Of a stretch of 64,000 nucleotides of DNA, positions 60,115 through 64,000 are shown in pieces. The translations under genes and the position numbers were made by a program. Each line of letters starts with the position of its first letter. Position 1 is the first letter of the stretch. The stretch covers positions 640,001 to 704,000 of the forward strand of contig CAWCBP010000008.1 in the NCBI GenBank assembly GCA_963793865.1, given 5' to 3'. Source of the DNA: an uncultured delta proteobacterium. Its GTDB lineage: Bacteria; Desulfobacterota; WTBG01. The notes beneath the pieces are model-generated. The model was not told where the DNA came from. It saw only the letters and a program-made list of their open reading frames with translations, and searched no databases.

Positions 60115-60557
60115 ATGGGGATGGGCCGGCACATCCCGCTTTCATACCCACCTTAATCTCCCAGCAGAGGATGTATCGCAATGACGCAGGCGATTGTGCC
60201 GCAGTCCATTAAGGGAACGGGGTTTTATTACGCTGGGGGCGTATTGTTATACTCCCTTACATATTTTCCCTTCTCGATGACCACCCCTGTCATACCTGGG
60301 TGGTATACTTGATTACATAAAGAAAGGCGTTAGTGGAAAGGATGCGGGTTAAAGGAGTAGTCCTCAGTCAACGGGCCACGGTTAAAAAGAGTGCCTTTAA
60401 ATGGATGACTGCTAAAGGAGAATAGAGGCGGGAGCATCATCCAATACTCCTATACTCCATCACTCCAACAACTAGCTTTTCGCCGACTAGCTGACCATCT
60501 GGCGATCTGTCCCGCTGTCCGGAATGTTTTATTCAACCCTAAAGGGAGGAAGCTGTT

Positions 60558-61556
60558 ATGAAACAATCAATGTCAGATTATTTTTCTCACGTCACCATGG
60601 GTGCGGAGCAGCGCTACCGGAACATGGTCGTCTTCCCGCTGCTCTCCGACCGGGAAAGCGCTGCCGACTACCTGCTGCTCGACGAGGCGCTGAACGCCAA
60701 CCTCGTCCTGATTGCGGAAGTGGGTGAGGGCGGGAGCGTTCCGGAACTCAAGGTGGATAACCGGTCTGCCAGGAATCTGCTGATACTGGACGGTGAGGAG
60801 CTGGTGGGGGCCAAGCAGAACCGCATTGTCAACGTGACGTTGTTGATTGCCGCCCATGCCTCTCTGACCATACCGGTGAGCTGCGTGGAGGCGGGAAGGT
60901 GGTCCTACCGGAGCCGGCACTTCATGAGCAAGGAGCGGGTGATGCCGCCTCGCATGCGCATGAGAAAGAACGCGGCCGTGTACAACTCGCTTTTAAACTG
61001 CGGGAAGTTTGAGGGCAACCAGGGCGAGACCTGGGACCTGATCCAGGACAAGATTGCCATGCTCAAGGTCAACTCGGAGACTGCTGCCCTGAGCGACGTC
61101 TACGACAAGGAGCAGCAATCGATCGGTGATTATCTGAAGCACTTCACCGGGCAGGAACGGCAGACAGGAATGCTGGTGATGATCAACAACCGGGTGATCG
61201 GGTGCGACTGCTTTGCCGGGCATGACACCTTGAAAAAGGTGTTTCCCAAGCTGGTCAAGAGCTATGTGCTGGATGCCATTGAAGTTCAGGCGGACAATAC
61301 AGAGACTCTGACCTCAAACTTGCAGGCGGCATCATTCATCGAGGAGGTAGTCAAATGCCCGGTGGAGGAGAGACCATCACTTTCGCTCGGGACTGACGTG
61401 AGGTTCATGTCGCAGACGGTCATCGGCTCCGCCCTGTCACTCAACGAGGATATTATCCATCTTACCGCTTTCGCACGAGATGAGCAGGATGAGGGAAGGG
61501 GAATCGGTTTTTACCAGCGCCCGAGCAGGAGGAGACGGGGAGGGTTCAGGGAGTAG
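60558..61556 (+). CDS. DUF6569 / ARPP-1-like protein
   Basis: E....GSVPEL...N, LILDGEELVGAKQNR..N, VSCVEAGRW, Q...W, KL..SY.LDA. Confidence 0.75.
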   Translation: MKQSMSDYFSHVTMGAEQRYRNMVVFPLLSDRESAADYLLLDEALNANLVLIAEVGEGGSVPELKVDNRSARNLLILDGEELVGAKQNRIVNVTLLIAAHASLTIPVSCVEAGRWSYRSRHFMSKERVMPPRMRMRKNAAVYNSLLNCGKFEGNQGETWDLIQDKIAMLKVNSETAALSDVYDKEQQSIGDYLKHFTGQERQTGMLVMINNRVIGCDCFAGHDTLKKVFPKLVKSYVLDAIEVQADNTETLTSNLQAASFIEEVVKCPVEERPSLSLGTDVRFMSQTVIGSALSLNEDIIHLTAFARDEQDEGRGIGFYQRPSRRRRGGFRE

Positions 61557-61565
61557 GAGAAAGGG

Positions 61566-61898
61566 CAGTCCAGAGTCGACGGACCATGGTCCACGGTTAA
61601 GAAGAGTTAACAGTTATCGGTCCATAGTCGCCAGTTCGGAAACCAGTGCTCCAGCACTCCAACACTCCATCATCCTGGTCTCTGCCCGCTCGCCTGCGGG
61701 AGACTTGCTGGGCAGCAATGAAAATGGAGGGGCACGCTCTGTCGTGGCCGTAAATCAAACACGGACGCAACGGAGTGCGTCCCTCCACTGTCTGGCTGGC
61801 CACTGACCGGCCCAAAAATAACCTGCAGTAGCCGCAGGCTTTAGCCTGCGAGAGTGTATAATAAGATGTATTATGCGCAAGCTGAAGCTTGCGGCTAC
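61566..61898. repeat. Composite repeat block ending in an inverted GTAG REP pair
   Basis: GTCNAYR and CACTCCA modules; tggaggg..ccctcca element; gtagccgcaggctttagcctgcg (61828) / cgcaagctgaagcttgcggctac (61876-61898). Confidence 0.75.
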
Positions 61899-61935
61899 AT
61901 TTACGCCATGGTCCTTCGTGTAAAGGAGACACCAC

Positions 61936-62334
61936 ATGAAAACAATGCTCTTTGCGCTGCTTTTAACCGGTATTGCTTTTACCACTTCCATTGCTGATGA
62001 CTACGTGTATGACAGTCCCTACGGCGGCAAAAAGATCGGGAAGGTGGATGAGAACGGCTACATCTATGACAGCCCCTATGGCGGGAAAAAGATTGGCCGG
62101 GTAAAGGACGATTATGTGTATGACAGCCCGTATGGGGGCAAAAAAGTGGGGCGGATTGAAGATAACGGGAAAATCTATGACAAGCCCTATGGCGGAAAGG
62201 CCGTGGGACGTTATGATGACGGGAAGGTGTATAACAACCCATACGGCGGGAAGGCCATAGGTTCAGCCGACAGCAAGGAGGGGGCGGGGTATTTTCTCCT
62301 CAGGGAAAAGAACCCCGATTGCAGGAAGAAATAA
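61936..62334 (+). CDS. Secreted 5-repeat beta protein (beta-flower-like)
   Basis: Signal peptide and five copies of [YK][VI]Y[DN].PYGGK.[IV]G. Confidence 0.7.
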   Translation: MKTMLFALLLTGIAFTTSIADDYVYDSPYGGKKIGKVDENGYIYDSPYGGKKIGRVKDDYVYDSPYGGKKVGRIEDNGKIYDKPYGGKAVGRYDDGKVYNNPYGGKAIGSADSKEGAGYFLLREKNPDCRKK

Positions 62335-62395
62335 AAGATGCCGGATTTTGTCCGGCACCTTTTATTGCCTTGTCTCAATTCATGCCAGTCTTCAG

Positions 62396-64000
62396 TTATT
62401 TTGCCTCCTGCCCGGTGATGAACTTCGGCTTCAACAACACCACGAAGCTGGGTACCAGCAGCAGCGCCCCGACCATGTTCAGGAAGAGCACGATGGCCAG
62501 GAACAGCCCCATCATGGCCTGGAACATCAAAGGCGAAATCACCCAGAAGAAAATGCCCACGGTAAGGGTGGTGGACAAATACACCACCGCCTTGCCGGTG
62601 GTGAGCATGGCGTTCTCGATGGCCTTGTTCAGGTCATGGACCAGCCCGTACTCATCCTTGATCCGGCTCAACAAATACACCCCGAAGTCAACCCCCAGCC
62701 CGATTCCCACCGAGGTGACCGGAAGGGTGCTGGTGGTGATGGTGATCGGCGTGGGGATCGCCCAGAAGAAGCCGGTGGCCATCATGGCGAAGGCAATGGC
62801 GTTGGAAACGATGAGCGGCAGAATGAGGATAATTCCCGCCATGAAGCTCTTGTAAAAGATGCAGCAGAAGGCGAAAATGAGGATGAGCGCCCAGGTTCCG
62901 GTGGTGTACTGGTATTCCTCGATGATCTCATTGATGGCCGCCTGCACCCCGAACTCGCCGCCGCAGAGCTTGTACTGCATGGGAGGCGCCAGCCGGGAAT
63001 GCTTCTCCATGTATTCCTTAACTCTGGACATAACTGTTTTAATGGTGGGAGTTGTTTTATCCCGGCAGTAGATGATGATGTTGGCCGCCGTGTCCTCGCC
63101 GGGATCGCAGAACCGGTCGGCGGTTCCGGGTGTGCCCATCTGCGTAACCCTGCGGTAGCTGTAAATGATCTCCCGGTCATTGGTGGGGAAAAAGTACCAG
63201 TTGGGATCGCCCTCGTGGGCCAGCCAGCCCGCCCCGGAAAAGCTGCTGATCACCGACCGGGTGAACATCACCAGCCGTCCCGGCGTCCCCTTCATATGGC
63301 GCTCGAAGCGCTCCATCTCTTTAAAGTTGTCTCCGCACATTTCCCGGGGCTTTTCGGGACAGCTCACCAGGTCGTATTGCTTTTCTCCTTCCATGACTAT
63401 CAGCAGCGGGCTTAATATGGGCATGCTGAAGGAGATCCGGAAACCGTCGCGGTTGAATCGGTGCCAGGGCCAGAGCAGCGAGGAGCCGGGTACCGCATCT
63501 CCCACCTGGATGGTCCGGGCATAATAGGCGCCGAAGATAAACAGGAGCAAAAAGACCGCCAGAATAGGCCAGCAGCCCCACCGGGCAATCCATGCCCCCA
63601 GGCGCATCAGCCCGAAGTCAAGTCTGCTCTTCTTCTCAGCCCGTGCAATTGACTTGTGGGGAAATGACAAATAGGAAAGTATCGCCGGCAAAAAGCACAT
63701 CACGATCAGCACCGTCACGAACGACCAGAAGGTGCAGACGATGGTAATCATCTGCATGATCTTGATGGGGGTAAGGGCGATGAGCATGATACCGGTCGCG
63801 TCGGTGATGATGCTCACAAAGCCCGGGACGAAAAGCTCCTCGATCACCTTCTTGCACGAGGCCTTCACATCCCGGGTGACCGCGCACTCCTCAACATAGC
63901 GCTTGATCACCTGCACCGAGTGGCAGGCCGCCATGGCAGAAACCAGAAAGGGAAACACCAGCACCAGGGGATCCAGGTTATAGCCCAGCAGCACCAGGAA
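62396..64000 (-). CDS. MMPL/RND family transporter, 5' end outside the window
   Basis: SIITDATG, GIGLGVDFGVY, TTGKAV, multiple TM segments. Confidence 0.9.
   Translation of the reverse strand, partial: FLVLLGYNLDPLVLVFPFLVSAMAACHSVQVIKRYVEECAVTRDVKASCKKVIEELFVPGFVSIITDATGIMLIALTPIKIMQMITIVCTFWSFVTVLIVMCFLPAILSYLSFPHKSIARAEKKSRLDFGLMRLGAWIARWGCWPILAVFLLLFIFGAYYARTIQVGDAVPGSSLLWPWHRFNRDGFRISFSMPILSPLLIVMEGEKQYDLVSCPEKPREMCGDNFKEMERFERHMKGTPGRLVMFTRSVISSFSGAGWLAHEGDPNWYFFPTNDREIIYSYRRVTQMGTPGTADRFCDPGEDTAANIIIYCRDKTTPTIKTVMSRVKEYMEKHSRLAPPMQYKLCGGEFGVQAAINEIIEEYQYTTGTWALILIFAFCCIFYKSFMAGIILILPLIVSNAIAFAMMATGFFWAIPTPITITTSTLPVTSVGIGLGVDFGVYLLSRIKDEYGLVHDLNKAIENAMLTTGKAVVYLSTTLTVGIFFWVISPLMFQAMMGLFLAIVLFLNMVGALLLVPSFVVLLKPKFITGQEAK

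Overview
Ordinary chromosomal segment, about 55-60% GC by eye, from a probably anaerobic, selenocysteine-using bacterium. Deltaproteobacteria/Desulfobacterota-like gene content suggests the lineage, but this is inference. Left to right: surface-glycan genes (GT2, UPF0104, epimerase); an RNB nuclease divergent from archease-rtcB; orphan flgM; a divergent ychF with a candidate small RNA upstream; an antitoxin whose toxin is cut off and replaced by an AT-rich membrane-protein gene; a cobalamin riboswitch heading a hemA-hemL-sirC-hemC-cobA/hemD-hemB-cbiK-cbiC-cbiL-cbiD-cbiET cluster; a WYL regulator and a P-type ATPase; a glucosylglycerate cluster; a 754-aa lipoprotein with a ferrochelatase-like layout; crtI-crtB; a PAS kinase; tex; a HesB-like selenoprotein missed by the ORF track (UGA plus SECIS-like hairpin); a secreted GH1; frameshifted rmuC; Tat proteins; DUF6569; a 5-repeat protein; and a partial MMPL transporter. 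Intergenic DNA is rich in REP-like palindromes and in mosaics of 7-9-nt repeats. Several single-base indels in homopolymers look like long-read errors. I saw no rRNA, tRNA, CRISPR array, transposase or prophage. All family calls come from motif recognition, not database searches.
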